DNA of 64,000 nucleotides from Callorhinchus milii. Taxonomy: Eukaryota. Shown piece by piece: positions 1-12,487 of the stretch (the first letter of the stretch is position 1; each line of letters opens with the position of its first letter). A program made the translations under genes and the position numbers. The notes beneath the pieces are model-generated. The model saw only the letters and a list, made by a program, of their open reading frames with translations, searched no databases and was not told where the DNA came from. The stretch is from contig NW_024704743.1 in assembly GCF_018977255.1 (NCBI RefSeq), positions 47,804,001 through 47,868,000 of the forward strand. Direction: 5' to 3'.

Positions 1-2480
1 GGTAGAAATGTGTTCATAAAACACTGCCACATAAAAGTATTCCTGGAGATGATTATGGAAGCTATTCAAAAAAGCAGTTAAAATTTCACAAGAAGTCACA
101 CCAGACGCAAATACAGAATCACTAAGTTACTTGTATCCAATTTTCAGGATCATGTGCTACCACACAATTTGTATCACCTTGTTGGCACAAATTATCAGTG
201 CCATTTTTATTCCCAAAAAAGTCTGTTTTGATAAAATCCTGCATAATCGCAAAGGTAAAATGTGCATCGACCTATTTCTACCTTTATCATACCTTGATGC
301 TATATTTCATACTTTAAAATCCTGCTCCGAAGCAGACAATTGGCAACACCATGTAGGCTTATAGCATGAATAATATAAATAAGAGTGCTGTTCTATCCAT
401 TCATTGCAATGGAGGCACAATGGGGGGAAGATGGCAGGAGAAATTCTATTCAAAATTTCAACTACATCTGATTAAAGAACACCACCTAGGATTTTATGAC
501 GATTCAATAGAACAAATTACCTCTTTAAAATATTAACCTCTGCTAGTGCCAAGTTTTTGCACACACTTCCTATGAATTTTGGGCAACACTGTAGTATTAA
601 TTTGCTGGTGAAAACTATTGGATTCCCAACTGATTAAAACATTTTTCAACTCAACAGATTGGAAAGGCATAATTTATTTTTGTAATTTCCCCAAAATGTC
701 TCAACAATGCTGTCTTTTGGAAGCACAACATGAAGACCAGATATTTTTTTTGGGTAGAGAGAGGGATAGAATAGCTGTGGGACATGGAACAAATGATACA
801 AAATAATGACGAAAGCTTCTCTCTACCATTTCACCTCTTTTACAAAATTCAGACTTCCTGAAGAATCAAAAGGATCTTTTGATTGTGGCAAGCATCCTTC
901 TCAAACATCTTAAAGCAATTTTTTTTTAAATCTCATCATTGTCTCCCAATCATATTCAGAATAGCCTGCAATTACCACATCTGATGGTCAGTTAAAGTTT
1001 TCTTCATGGCAGAAATTGACATGGGTGGACTGAGTTTGGATATGCATCCTCTTGGGTCCTGTACGCATGAAATCGGCAAGCCAGCATGCCTGCACATTCT
1101 CTGATTAAAGCCTTCCATTAATACATCTACACTGCAGCCACAACATATCCCTCCTCTTTGCTTCATTGCTATGGTCAGGCGATATTCTTCTTCTCCCTGA
1201 CAACACAGCTAGAGGGTGGTTAGAAGGTCCCTCAAATTTCCTAGACCAGGGAGGAAAGTCAGTGAAAAAGGATGTAATGATCAACAGTGCTGATAGCTGT
1301 AGAGGTTAATAAGAACAAGGAGTCATGAAGGCAGACTGAAAGGATATCTATCTGTACTTGTGCTATGATCAGTGATCATGCTCCATTACTGCATGGGTTG
1401 AGATTTTATGGACCACCAACTGCTGCATAACAACTGGGCTCTGCTATATATAGATCCCTTATTTGTTGTCCTTGCTGTCTGTAAAATGGCTGCCATATTT
1501 GCTTAAATAAAACTTACCAGGACCATTTCATCATGCTGCTCATTCTATTTCTTTGATCAAATAGGATTACATTTATCTACCTACAGTTAACTAATTCCAG
1601 GCATATATGGTGAATTTAATCTATGTTTAGGATTTCAAGTAAATGATCTAGTAACTTCCACTATACATCAGATCTCCTTTTAGTTTATCTCTGCAAAATG
1701 GATTTACAATTGAGGTGGTTACTATTTACAGGTATTGTATTTCCCTAAAATAAAAAGGGGATTAGGATATATTTTTGAACTGCAATGATTTTAAAGAAAG
1801 ATATCCTATATATTCTTTAATGAAACAAGATTGTTTGCATGTACGTGTTGAAGAGGAGGAAGTAATGATATTCAGCCACTAAAACTGTACCAAGTTTAAA
1901 TAAACTTGAACAGATTGCCTTTAAATTGCAGCACAGATATCGTTATAAAATTGTTGCAATGTGGATCCTACTCATTTTTCACGTGCACAACCGGTCTGCC
2001 AGCTTCCCACCCCTAACGCTTGTGTTAAATTGGCCGAATTCCATATGATCAGGTTGCTGCCCTCACTTCCTGCTTTGTGAATACATATCACACAGGAGGT
2101 GACAGTGGTGGTGACTGGATGACCCGGAAGTTAGCTTTTACTTAATGGGAGAAGGCAACCAACTCACTCTCTGTGCCGGCCATCTGTGCCCGTGCACATT
2201 GAAACTGGATAGTGCACATTGTTATATTGCTGTTTGGGATTTTATGGAACCTAACCACTGCATTGCAATGGAGTGCCACTGTACGTATATTTGTGACATC
2301 TTGGAGATAAAAAAAATATTCTGGACCAACTTTCCTGTTATTTTCAATACAGCAAATCATTGTGCACCAGCTAAGTTCATATCTAGGATGTGTTACTAAC
2401 ACTATAATAGGTCTATAATATGAATTATATGTATACCAATTTAAATGGCAAAAGTCATCCTCCATTGTTGCGGTGCTTAC

Positions 2481-2657
2481 CTTAAAAATTCCAACCCAGT
2501 CCTTGTGGTGTGGTTTGATGCAAGGAGTCAGAATATAGTGGCACTCAAGAGGAGCGTGAGGGATGTAACTTTTTGCCACATTTTGAAAGATCACGTGTGC
2601 AAAATTTGATGCTTGCATTGTGCTGCTTGATGGCAATAAGACGTGAACTAAATCCAT
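2481..2657 (-). CDS. TAX1BP1: Tax1-binding protein 1, first coding exon (N-terminal part of SKICH domain); whole exon 2481-2672
   Basis: Translates MDLVHVLLPSSSTMQASNFAHVIFQNVAKSYIPHAPLECHYILTPCIKPHHKDWVGIFK, matching the vertebrate TAX1BP1 N-terminus (SNFAHVIFQNVAKSY...LECHY.LTP...KDWVGIFK). Acceptor ttttgatttcacAG just upstream (exon starts at 2672), donor AAG|GTAAGC at 2480, ATG in good Kozak context (agaATGG). Head-to-head with HIBADH as in other vertebrates. The next exon was not found in the window. Confidence 0.95.
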
Positions 2658-2829
2658 TCTTCAGCACGATTTCTGTGAAATCAAAAGAATGTGAAATTAC
2701 TTAAAATTCACTCAGTACATGGCATCATTATTAAACTATAATGCAGCAACTAAACACAATATCTTTTAATTACATTTTTATTTCAGAGAATAAACATCAA
2801 TAAGAATATTTGAAATTCTAGAGAAAAAA

Positions 2830-3355
2830 AAACAAGGTCCATCCAGTTTACCTTCTACCATCCTGGCAGTCGCATACACGTGTCATGTCCTGAACTACTC
2901 ATGTTCCATATCCCAAAATATTATTGCCTGAAAGAAATCTATCTAATTTGCATTTGAAAGAATCAACACTTTCTGCTGTCGCCCTAGGGAGCCTGTTCCA
3001 TAGATTTACCACTCACTCACTGAAATAATGTTGCCACAGATTTGTTTTGAATTTACCCCCCTTTAAACGCAGGCCAGGTTCTCCGATTCTACTGTTCTGA
3101 ACAAGATGAAACAGCTTGTCATGATCAACATTATCTAATTCCTTTAGAATCTTAAAAACAGCAATCATATCACCTCTCAAGCTTCTCTTTTCCAGGATGA
3201 ACATTTCGTATTTACTCAAGTCGCTCCTCATAATCCAGTCCCTTCATCCCCTCAATCATTCCGATTGCCCTCTTTTATTTCCTCTCAATTGCTGCAATAT
3301 CATTTTTGTACTGCGGCATTCAACACTGTACACAGTATTCCAAGCACAGTCGCAC
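2830..3355 (-). mobile_element. CR1-type LINE 3' fragment
   Basis: Minus ORF LEKRSLRGDMIAVFKILK..LKGGKFKTNLWQHYFSE is the typical CR1 ORF2 C-terminus. Confidence 0.85.
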
Positions 3356-3714
3356 AAATAAAATGTAACACAGTTTACTGAATGTAACAATATTTTACAA
3401 CAAACGCAATATAATTTTATAACAAATACCAGCATACATTTCCTTTTATTAAAAAAAATACTGAATTTCAGAGTAGTTCAATACTGTGCTTGTTTAGCAC
3501 CACAAGAATAGGCAACATTGAAAGGAATTAAACAACTCAAAGGAGATCCTCGAGGGAACAGCAAGCAAATCTCTAGTTACAATGATTTCAGCATCCCCTC
3601 TGGACTTTGATGCTAATGTATAACTATTGAACTTCCATTTGAAACCAACAGACATATATGAAATTTTTTATCTCAAATGCTAAAGACACGTAGCACAAAA
3701 TTACACAAAATGAT

Positions 3715-4720
3715 ATGACACAGAAACAGGCCATTTGGATCAACTCGTCTTTCCTGATGTTTATATAGTACTCTACATGAGCCTCCACCTCTCCTGTTCT
3801 TCTCTTTTACCCTCTATTCCCTTCTCCCTTGTGTATGCCTCAAATTTTCCTCTTCAATACAATGTTAGTTTTTGCTTTTACCAAAGCTTCCAGCAATGAG
3901 TTCTGCATTCTCACCATTATCTGTGTAAACAAGTTGCTCCTAAATATTTTAGATCCACTACTAGCCAACTTAAAGTTGGGCTCTCTCGTTTTGGCCTCAC
4001 AAACTAGTGGAAACTGCCTATTAATGTACACCTGCCATCCAATGAGAATTCAAACCTGCACTTGTCAGATATCAAATAACCAACGAGTAACTATCCCTTG
4101 AGAAGGGCAGAGGGAAAAGATGTGAGCAGCTTCTTTTTGCTGAACTGGCTCCAAGGTGACATATAGCAACAACGGAGTGTCAGAATTGAATATATCCTTT
4201 GTGGCGATCTCGGTAGTCCGATTCTTGAGCCATGCAGTTCCGCAGTACTCCAAGGCACTGCTGACAAACCAGCCAGTCTGGCTCACTGGAGGACATAGAT
4301 CGGCAGACCAGTTACTGGGGGCAGGGATTCTTCCCATTCAGCTCACTGCAAGTCAAAGCCCTAAAGGGTGTGGTGGTCCTAGCTGGACAAGCAACAGGAG
4401 GCGTGCTTTCATTGGAAAGCTATGTGTTTTTAGATGGTTAAACGCCAGCAGTACACCAATGCATCTCTGGAGTCCCCAAACTTGGCTCTTGCCTAGCTAC
4501 TCTACGGAATTAAGGAATGCAGTAAGTTAAGTAAAATTGTCCACCTTCATTTAATCCTTTCATAATTTTAAACACCTCTATCAAGTCCTCTCTCAATCAT
4601 CTCTCTCTAGAGACCAAAGCTCCAACCTGACCAATCTTTCTTGATAACTTTATCCACTCATTACCTGGTAATATCCTAATGCGGTACTCTCTCCAATGCT
4701 ACAATATCCTTCCTGAAATT
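3715..4720 (-). mobile_element. Degraded CR1-type 3' fragment, split by the ~580-bp repeat at 4087-4530
   Basis: acagaaacaggccatttgg at 3721, then ttcataattttaaacacctctatcaagtc..aatcatctct at 4559-4605, typical of CR1 3' regions. Confidence 0.6.
4087..4530 (+). repeat. Copy of the unclassified ~580-bp repeat (partial)
   Basis: gctgaactggctccaaggtgacat..gcactgctgac..agccagtctggctca..ggtggtcctagctggacaagca. Confidence 0.8.
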
Positions 4721-5406
4721 GTCCCTATCAAATCTATTATCTTGGTTAGTATTAAGTATATTACTTCCCTGATGACCCAGTTGGTAAAATTACCAAACAG
4801 AGTGAAGTAAGCCATATAGTGTATTCCCAAAAATACACTCAAGAAGGGCTGACGGTCAGTCCGAGTCTCTGCAGTTTTAGTTCTCAACCTAGTTAACAAA
4901 GGGAGCCCTGCACTTTGCTTTAACAGTACAAGACTAGGGAGAGAGAAAATCACCTAGAATTCCAATTTCTGATCACTATTCAATAAGCCTTGCTGAAAAA
5001 TGCACGTTGTATGGATGCCACTTTAAACAAAGACTGGGCTCAGCTTTGATATCCCATCCCATTGGATAAAAGCCTGGCATAACACACCTTGGACTCCACT
5101 TCAAAGAGATACTAAAGGGTATCCAATACCCATGTTATGACATTATGTCAGCATTTTTAGAAGAAAAAGGAAATAGTTCTTTTTTTAAAAAAATTACGGT
5201 AAATGAGATCAGTTTGTTTCCACACCAGCAACTGATGTTAAGCTGAAGCTACACTGTAACATGAAAAACACTACCACAAAATGACAAAATATCCACCATT
5301 GCTAAGGCTTTACATTACAGATGCTAATCAGACTTTTAATGCTCAGGTAATTCACAGCACTCAAAGGGGAGCCTGACAAAAGTAATTTTTTAATCACTTT
5401 TTGAAA

Positions 5407-5729
5407 ATAATAATAATAATAATCCTTGCATTTGATATAGCGCTTTTCACGTCAGGAGGACATCCCAAAGCACTGCACAGAACACACTGTAAAGTGAATT
5501 GACTGTATATTTGTGGGCCTACGCGGCAGCCAATTGCGCACAGCAATGTCCCACAAACAGTCGTAGCTTGAAAATGACTAATTTATTATTGTTTTGGATT
5601 TTTGGAGGGATTATTATTAGGCTCTGTGTGGAGTAAGGAAACTTGCCCAAGGTTTCGCCCTGACTGGAATTGAACTCAGGTCTCTCGCTTGCAAAGCGAG
5701 TGCTCTAACCACTGAGCTACAGGACTCCA
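5407..5729 (-). mobile_element. Young tRNA-derived SINE, full length
   Basis: Reverse complement of the 60520-60843 family. Confidence 0.92.
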
Positions 5730-7747
5730 CACAGGTACAAAAAAAATTCACATGTACAAAACAAATTATAAATTATTTTCTGAAAACATGACTTAACCCA
5801 GAAGTGATGGATGTGTAGCTGTTGTAACATTTGTGTTTTAAATTGTGTTCTCTTCAAATATTTATTCAATTCACTTTTAAAGACTATAGATTGGCAGATT
5901 GCTTTCCAATCCCTCCAAAAAAAATCGGCCTCTCAATCCATGATTGTGGGACACCGCTGTGATTGTTGAGCCAAATTGGTTCGCCCACAAACATACAATC
6001 ACTCCAGTTTAAAGTATATCCTGAGAAGCATTTTGCAACGTCTCAATTACATAAGGCGCTATATCAAATTCAAGGATTATTATTATTATAATGACTCAGG
6101 AAATAATTTATGTTAAAAACTATTTAATTGACTTTTCATGATCTTTCATAAAAAGGCAGATTTGTTTAAAATATCGCCCCACTCCTTATGGCAATTACTC
6201 ATCCTCTAGCAAGTTGTGTCTAGACAGTGAGTGTTGGCTATTTAATTAATTGTGGCATTCATAGACCCACTATTTCCAGCAGACAAATAAGCATCAGGAG
6301 TAGGAGCCCTGACTGTTTTTAAATGGAACAAGACTCATTTTTCCTTCTTTAGACCAGGAATACTGAGGCCAACTGCAGCACCCCTGTTGAGACCATCTAA
6401 CAGCACAGACCACAGAAAACACCTGGACCGTTGCCAATCGGCATGGTTTAGTTCTGCAATGGGAGGTGCACTGAATTCATTAAATCATTGGGGTGCCTTG
6501 ATCCTAAATTTTTCAATTAATTTTAAAGAAAAGGTTACGCTTTCAAAGAACCCCAACAAACCAGTAATGAAGTGGATTGTGAAACAGTTTCATTAAATGT
6601 AGATATTTTAATAGTTAAATTCTTAATTATAAGTATACATGAATCAAGATGACAACAAATATTGTTGTACCATAAGGTCAATTTAACTTTAAAATGAATA
6701 CTTATAATCTGAAAATAGCATTGTATTTATGCCAATTTTTTGGTTGCTGCAGGGTGAATGTATTTAATGGTTTCAAAACAAATAAATGCTCATTGAGTTA
6801 TACACGATTACTGTAGTTATTTGGCATACAAAGTGCTACTAAAAATCATGGAGGCAAAAGATTAGTGATGGTAATGATGAATAGTAGCAACCAACATTTG
6901 TACTTAATCATACAGAGTATTACCAAAATGAAAATAGTCTGCAAAGTAAACTATGGGTCATCCAGTACGGATTTGGAGGAAGTCATAGTATAGGCATTTA
7001 CTGAAACAAGCAATTCTCCCTGCAAGAGCTGATAACATGTGCAAAACATACTGACACCTTATCTTTTAAGAACAAAGCAGTGGATAAAGTATGCATACAT
7101 GTTGATTTGTAAGTTTACACTAATGAGCAATCTTTTGGATATGACATTCAAACAGACTGTGCTCCCTTCCCTGACGTCATTTAGCTGGTTATCTTAGTAA
7201 ACCCTGCCCATCAGTTTATTCCGCCATGTAAAAAAAGTCATAGCTATGAAATATTTCATACCACTGGTGATCATCATTAAAATATTCAGCGATCATTTTG
7301 TGTCACATTTTTAGAAGATTTAAATATTGAAAATAATTTGTGCTTTTGTGTAGTGTATATTTCAATACAGCAAACTCCCTGCTAGCCTCAAGTATCGTGA
7401 ATTTGCTAGATCAGTTCCAAGAAAAAATTCCGCGATTCAAAAGTTTTCAAACTCTCTCCAGCCCACATGATGCCCACATTTTGGACACTGATTAGTTTAG
7501 CCGAGGGCATCAACAGAGGTACACTGTGTCAGTGGTGAGAAGAGATTTATTTTTATTTTTGGGGTTTGGTCTATTTTATTCATTTAAAAATTCATTTTTA
7601 TTCATTTTAATTGTTAAGGAGGATTTATTTTTACTTATTTTATTTATTTTAAATGTTATGGATTAAAATTAGCAGTTAGCCAGAAAATCTGGTTTGCTGG
7701 ACCAGATCTCGCCCCCTATTTTAGTATGGTTCACCAGGGATTTAGTG

Positions 7748-7915
7748 CATACAACATAACATGCAGGAGTAGGCCATTCGGCTCTTCGAGCCTGCCCCGC
7801 CATTCAATCATGGCTGATCTTCTAATCTAATTCAAGCTAATACCATAACCCCGCCTTATCCCCATATCCCTTAATCCCTTTTGCAATAAGGAATATATCT
7901 ATTTCTAAATATCTA
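7748..7915 (-). mobile_element. CR1-related 3' tail fragment
   Basis: aacataac..gcaggagtaggccattcggc.cttcgagcctgc.ccgccattcaat..catggctgatc, a chondrichthyan CR1-type 3' end. Confidence 0.7.
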
Positions 7916-8559
7916 TTTCTAAATGTATATTAGTTGCAGATAACTATACCATATTACAAATGTAGTTTACATGTTGTGAAATGAACTTTTAACAGTTAAC
8001 ATGAAGGATTGAGTGCTTAATTCCTATCTGCAAAGTACTATATCAAATTAAGATGTTAGTTACATAGGGCAGTAATTTCTTTCAGCTAATATCTTTAAGC
8101 TCATATAATATTAGGAAACACAAAAATTAAACTTCAGTCTCAGTGACATTGCAAAAGCAATTAACCCTTCCAGATGTTATATTATTGAGTTTGGAATTGG
8201 TGGCAACAGAATAGCTAATACTGTAATTCTATCAACAATAATTTGGGTTGAAGTTCCAATGTAGCTGGTCTGGAGATTTGCCTGAGAATCCTGGCTACCT
8301 ACAACATGAACTCAATTTTCACCCAATGATTGGGTAGCTCTTGGACCAAATGGCCTCCTTTTGTGCTATAATATTCTATGATTCTATATTATAAATAAAG
8401 AATTCTGCTTCATTAACCATATTATACATATTTCATTAAATTTTCAGTACTTTGCACCTAAAGCTAGTTCAGTAGCACATAATCTCTGATCTGTAAAATC
8501 ACAGCCCTCGATATTATCCAGTTCATATCACCATAATATCAACATGTACCACAAATAAA

Positions 8560-9143
8560 TACTTAGGAGTATCCAAACCAAGCTGAGATTTCCATGCATC
8601 CTAACTACACATGGAAATCCCAAAGATAGATTGTTGAAATGAAATACACACTCTCCCTGGAGGGATGCATCCTGCTTACCTAATTCCAGAAAGTATTAGG
8701 CGCAGGTTAGCAACAGCCAAGGCCTAGGGAACCCAGAGTGTGCATTGGGGTACTGCTGGAGTCTAACCAGCTAAAACCGCATAGCTTGCCATTGATATTG
8801 CAAGCTTTCCCGCTGCTTGTTCAGTTAGGACCACCATACTGGTTAGGGGTTTGGCTTACATGGTTAACAGGAGCTGATTGAGATGACTCCCTGCCCCCAA
8901 TGTCTGATTTGTCCTTTCTGGTCCTGCCGATGAGCCAGGCTGGCTGTGCTATCATCAGCAGTGTCCTGGAATACTGCGGACCCACCTGGCGCAGGAACCA
9001 AACTACTGAGACCGCCACAGAGGGCTGGGTCGATTCAAACATTGCCATGTCTGTTATCTTGGAGCCAGTTCAGCTCTAAGGAGACCCCGCTTACCTCCAC
9101 CCTCCCATCCCCCAAAGAGGACAGTCACCCAAGGAGGATAGTC
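8560..9143 (-). repeat. Copy of the unclassified ~580-bp repeat
   Basis: gagtatccaaacca..gatgagccaggctggctgtgctatcatcagcagtg..cttggagccagttcagctc..aaggaggatagtca. Confidence 0.85.
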
Positions 9144-9581
9144 AAAGAGATATTAAAACTATATTCATGTCACAGAACAGATGAATTTCAAGATTCTCAC
9201 ACTCATCTACACCTAGTGCATAACTCAATAAGCAGTAGTTTATTTTGAAAACATTAAATACATTCATCCTGCAGCAACCAAAACACTGGCAGAAATACAA
9301 TGCTATTTTCAGATTATAGTCACTCATGCCCCAGCATCTCCGTACCTCTCCAATCTGTCAACACCCCAAATCTACTCATTCTTCGCTCAGCTGGCTCAGG
9401 CTTCTTGTCCCCTGACCCCCTCCACTCCACCTTAGGCAACCATGCCTTCAGCCATGATGACCCAAACCTCTGGAACTCACTGGCTTAATTCCTCTTGCCC
9501 TCTCTTTACCCATCTTCAAATGGCACCTGTTGGCTTTCCTCTTCAATTGTGCCTCTGATCACCTCACCTGTCTCCTCAAAT

Positions 9582-10703
9582 CAACAACAAGATTACATTT
9601 GTATAGCACCTTTCATGTCAGGAGGACGTCCCAAGGCGCTGGACAGTGTACAGCATTTCAGACCCAAGCTGGGGTCGGGGGGAGGGGGGGGAGAATGGAG
9701 GAGAGGGAAAGGGGGGTGGCCGATGGCATGGTCGAAGAGGAGGGTCTTGAGGCGGGACCTGAAGGAGGCTAAGGAGGGGGCGAGGCGGAGTGACTGGTGG
9801 ATGGAATTCCAGAGGTTGGGGGCAAAGTGGCTGAAGGCTCTCCCGCCAATGGTGGGGCGGGTGGGTTGGGGGACGTGGAGCAGGCCAGAGCCGGCTGAGC
9901 AGAGGGAACAGGCGGGTTGGTAGGGGGTTAGGAGGTCGCAGGGTTAGGGTGGGGCGAGGCCATGGAGGGCTTTGTAGGTGAGGACCAGGATCTTGAACTG
10001 GATCCTCTGAAGGATAGGGAACCAATGGACTCAGACGAGAGAGGGGGAGATGGGGTCATGGAGTTTGGTGCGGGAGAGGACACGGGCTGCAGAGTTCAGG
10101 ATTATCTGCAGCCTGTGGAGGGAGGAGTTGGGAAGGCCGACAAGCAGGGAGTTTGCATAGTCGAGCCTGGAGGTGATGAAGGTATGAACAAGAGTTTCAG
10201 TGGCCTGAGGGGTGAGGTAGTGGTGGAGTCGGGCAATATTACGGAGGTGAGGGAAGGCATAGCAGGTCATGGCTTGGATGTGGGGAAGAAAAGCCAGTTG
10301 AGGGTTGAACAAGACACCCAGGTTCCTGACTGGCTGGTGAGTTGTAGTGAGCAACCATGGAGGTTGATGTTGCCAGAGCCTGAGGTGCTGAGGCGCTGGC
10401 GCGAGGCAATCAGGAGGGCCTCAGTCTTGTTCACATTCAACTGTAGGAAATTTGCCCTCATCCAGGACTTGATGTTTGACAGGAAGTCTGTCAGGACAGC
10501 AGTGGTCCTGGAGTTGAGGGTGGAGGCAGAAAGATAGAGTTAGAGGCAGAAAGATAAGATTTGGGTGTCATCTGCATACATGTGGAAGTTGACCCCATGT
10601 CTGCGGATGATGTCACCAAGATATTAATATCATGTAGATATTAAAGAGAGGGCCAAGGACAGAGCCCTGGTGGACGCCAGACATGACAGTGCGGGGGCTG
10701 GAT
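9582..10703 (-). mobile_element. 5'-truncated L2 (second subfamily)
   Basis: Minus-strand ORFs ANFLQLNVNKTEALL, VRNLGVLF, FITSRLDYANSLLVGLP; tail (TTG)n at 9582. Confidence 0.92.
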
Positions 10704-10916
10704 CAAATCAGCATCAAACTCAGCCACTGTTCAGCACTCTGAGACATGACACTACATGAGGATGCTTTATTAATGGAATTTGTTCTTGTTCTATATATGA
10801 CTAAACTTCAACAACAACAATTTGCATTCATGGAAATGAAGTGTCCTTCATTTTAGTAGCATCTCAGATCCCTTAATAGGATTTTGCAGCAGAATTATGA
10901 TTTGAAATCTAAGTTA

Positions 10917-11406
10917 CTGCTGTCCTCTTCCGCACCAGGCTCCATGACCCTATCACCCCCATCTTCAACCGACTCCACTGGCTTCCCATTACCCAGAGAA
11001 TGCAGTTCAAGACCCTGGTCCACATCTTCAAAGGCATCCATGGACTTGCTTCCCCCTACCACTGCGATCTCCTAACCTTCTACCAACCCACCCATTCCCT
11101 CCACTCAGCGGGCTCCAGCCTACTTCACATCCCCAGCCTCTCCTGCCCCACCATTGGCGGGGAAGCATTCAACCACCATGCCCCCACCCTCTGGAACTCC
11201 ATCCCGCAGTCCTTCCACCTCGCCCCCTTTAAGACCCATCTCAAAATCCTCCTCTTTGACCGTGCTTTCGATCACCATGCTTCCCCCCCCTGCCCTCCAC
11301 CCTCCCCGGTCCCCAGCTCAGGTCCAAAACACTGATTGTCCAGTGCCTTGGGACTTCCTCCCGACGTGAAACGCGCTAAACAAATGTAACTTTGTTGTTG
11401 TTGTTG
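10917..11406 (+). mobile_element. L2 3' fragment
   Basis: QFKTLVHIFKGIHGLASPY..APTLWNSIP; stem-loop and (TTG)n tail. Confidence 0.9.
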
Positions 11407-11808
11407 GCGGGTGGTGGCGTTGGGAGTTCCAGTCCCGCGAGCCGGAATTTCCAGCTAAGTGTAATTGCAATGCCAGTGCCAGCATTTTGCGTCAGCGGCA
11501 CTTTTTCAGTGTGTGTGTGTGTAAAAAAAACCGCCTGGACCGGCATTGTGATTGCCTGAATCCTGTGAGCAGAAGATAACGGATAAGCTTCAAATTGAAT
11601 GGAAGTCGATATCGCTGCCAACTGTCCAGGGCCTTGGGACGTCCGTCCCCCCCCCCCCCGGCGCGAAAGGCGTTACACACCAATGCAATTTGCTGTTGTG
11701 AACCGGTGAGAGGGTCTACACACCGGGATTATGTCTTTTTTAATTTCGGTTTCAGGTCCGGCCGGTCCGCGAGGTACAAATTCCACATCCCTGGGAGTCG
11801 GGTAACAG

Positions 11809-11844
<36 letters not shown>

Positions 11845-12256
11845 CGGAGTCACTGTAATAATAATCGGTACATTTGCTATAGCGCCCCTCGCGTCGGGAG
11901 GACGTCCCAAAGCGCTTCACGGGACACACTCGTCAATAAAAGTGCGGCGTTTATGTTAATCACCACCACGACAGACGGACCCGCGCAGCCCCTCCCCGGG
12001 CACAGGCCCGAGGGCGCCGCTCGGTCCCTCTGGTCGCGGTCCCAGCTCCCGGCGCACTTTACCGAGCGGGGTCTACAGCTCGGGCCCGTCAGCCCGGGGT
12101 CACAAGCCCAGCGGGTGGCGGGAGGACGACGCCACTGTTTACATCTCCTCCCGGTCTCCGTGCCTCCGGGAAGCGGCCGGCGGCCATTGACGCGCCAGTG
12201 AGCGGCTCCCCGGCGGTTGGCGGTTGGCGGCGGCGCGCGCGTTTGCTCTCTCTCAC

Positions 12257-12345
12257 CCGCCGGTGCCCGGTCCCTCGGCCGCTCGCGGTGTCGGCGCTGC
12301 CGCTGCTTCCCCCTCCCCCTCGCGCCGCTTGTGACGACACACAAC
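12257..12345 (-). other. TAX1BP1: Candidate non-coding first exon (5' UTR) of TAX1BP1; 5' end approximate
   Basis: Within a CpG island, minus-strand donor GCGG|GTGAGA at 12256, just downstream of an ETS motif. The coding exon has an acceptor upstream of its ATG, so an upstream exon must exist. Confidence 0.55.
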
Positions 12346-12459
12346 AAGGGCCTGAAACCACTTCCGGTGTCAGGGCGCAGGCGGCGACACAGCTTGAGGT
12401 GCCGGGGGGGGCGGGGCGTGGGGGGGGGGGATGGTCAGAGAGGTTACAGCCTGCCTGTG

Positions 12460-12473
12460 CCTGCAGGGGGCGC
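12460..12473 (+). promoter_or_regulatory. CTCF-like motif
   Basis: CCTGCAGGGGGCGC versus core consensus CCASYAGRKGGCRS (1 mismatch). Motif only. Confidence 0.5.
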
Positions 12474-12487
12474 CCTGTGCAGCTTTA

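Larger units (their letters stand above)
11400..12480 (-). promoter_or_regulatory. CpG island / TAX1BP1 promoter
   Basis: High GC and CpG density against a CpG-depleted background. ETS/GABP consensus ACCGGAAGTG on the minus strand at 12359-12368, GC box GGGGCGGGG near 12408-12417, poly-G run at about 11810-11844. Confidence 0.8.

Noticed and set aside
2142..2480. C-terminal part of the 171-aa ORF as TAX1BP1 coding sequence
   Set aside because: Similarity ends at the GTAAGC donor at 2480; the rest is intron read-through.
8920..8975. Hammerhead ribozyme in the ~580-bp repeat
   Set aside because: C(T/C)GATGA-like cores are present, but I could not find the required GAAA following stem II on either strand.
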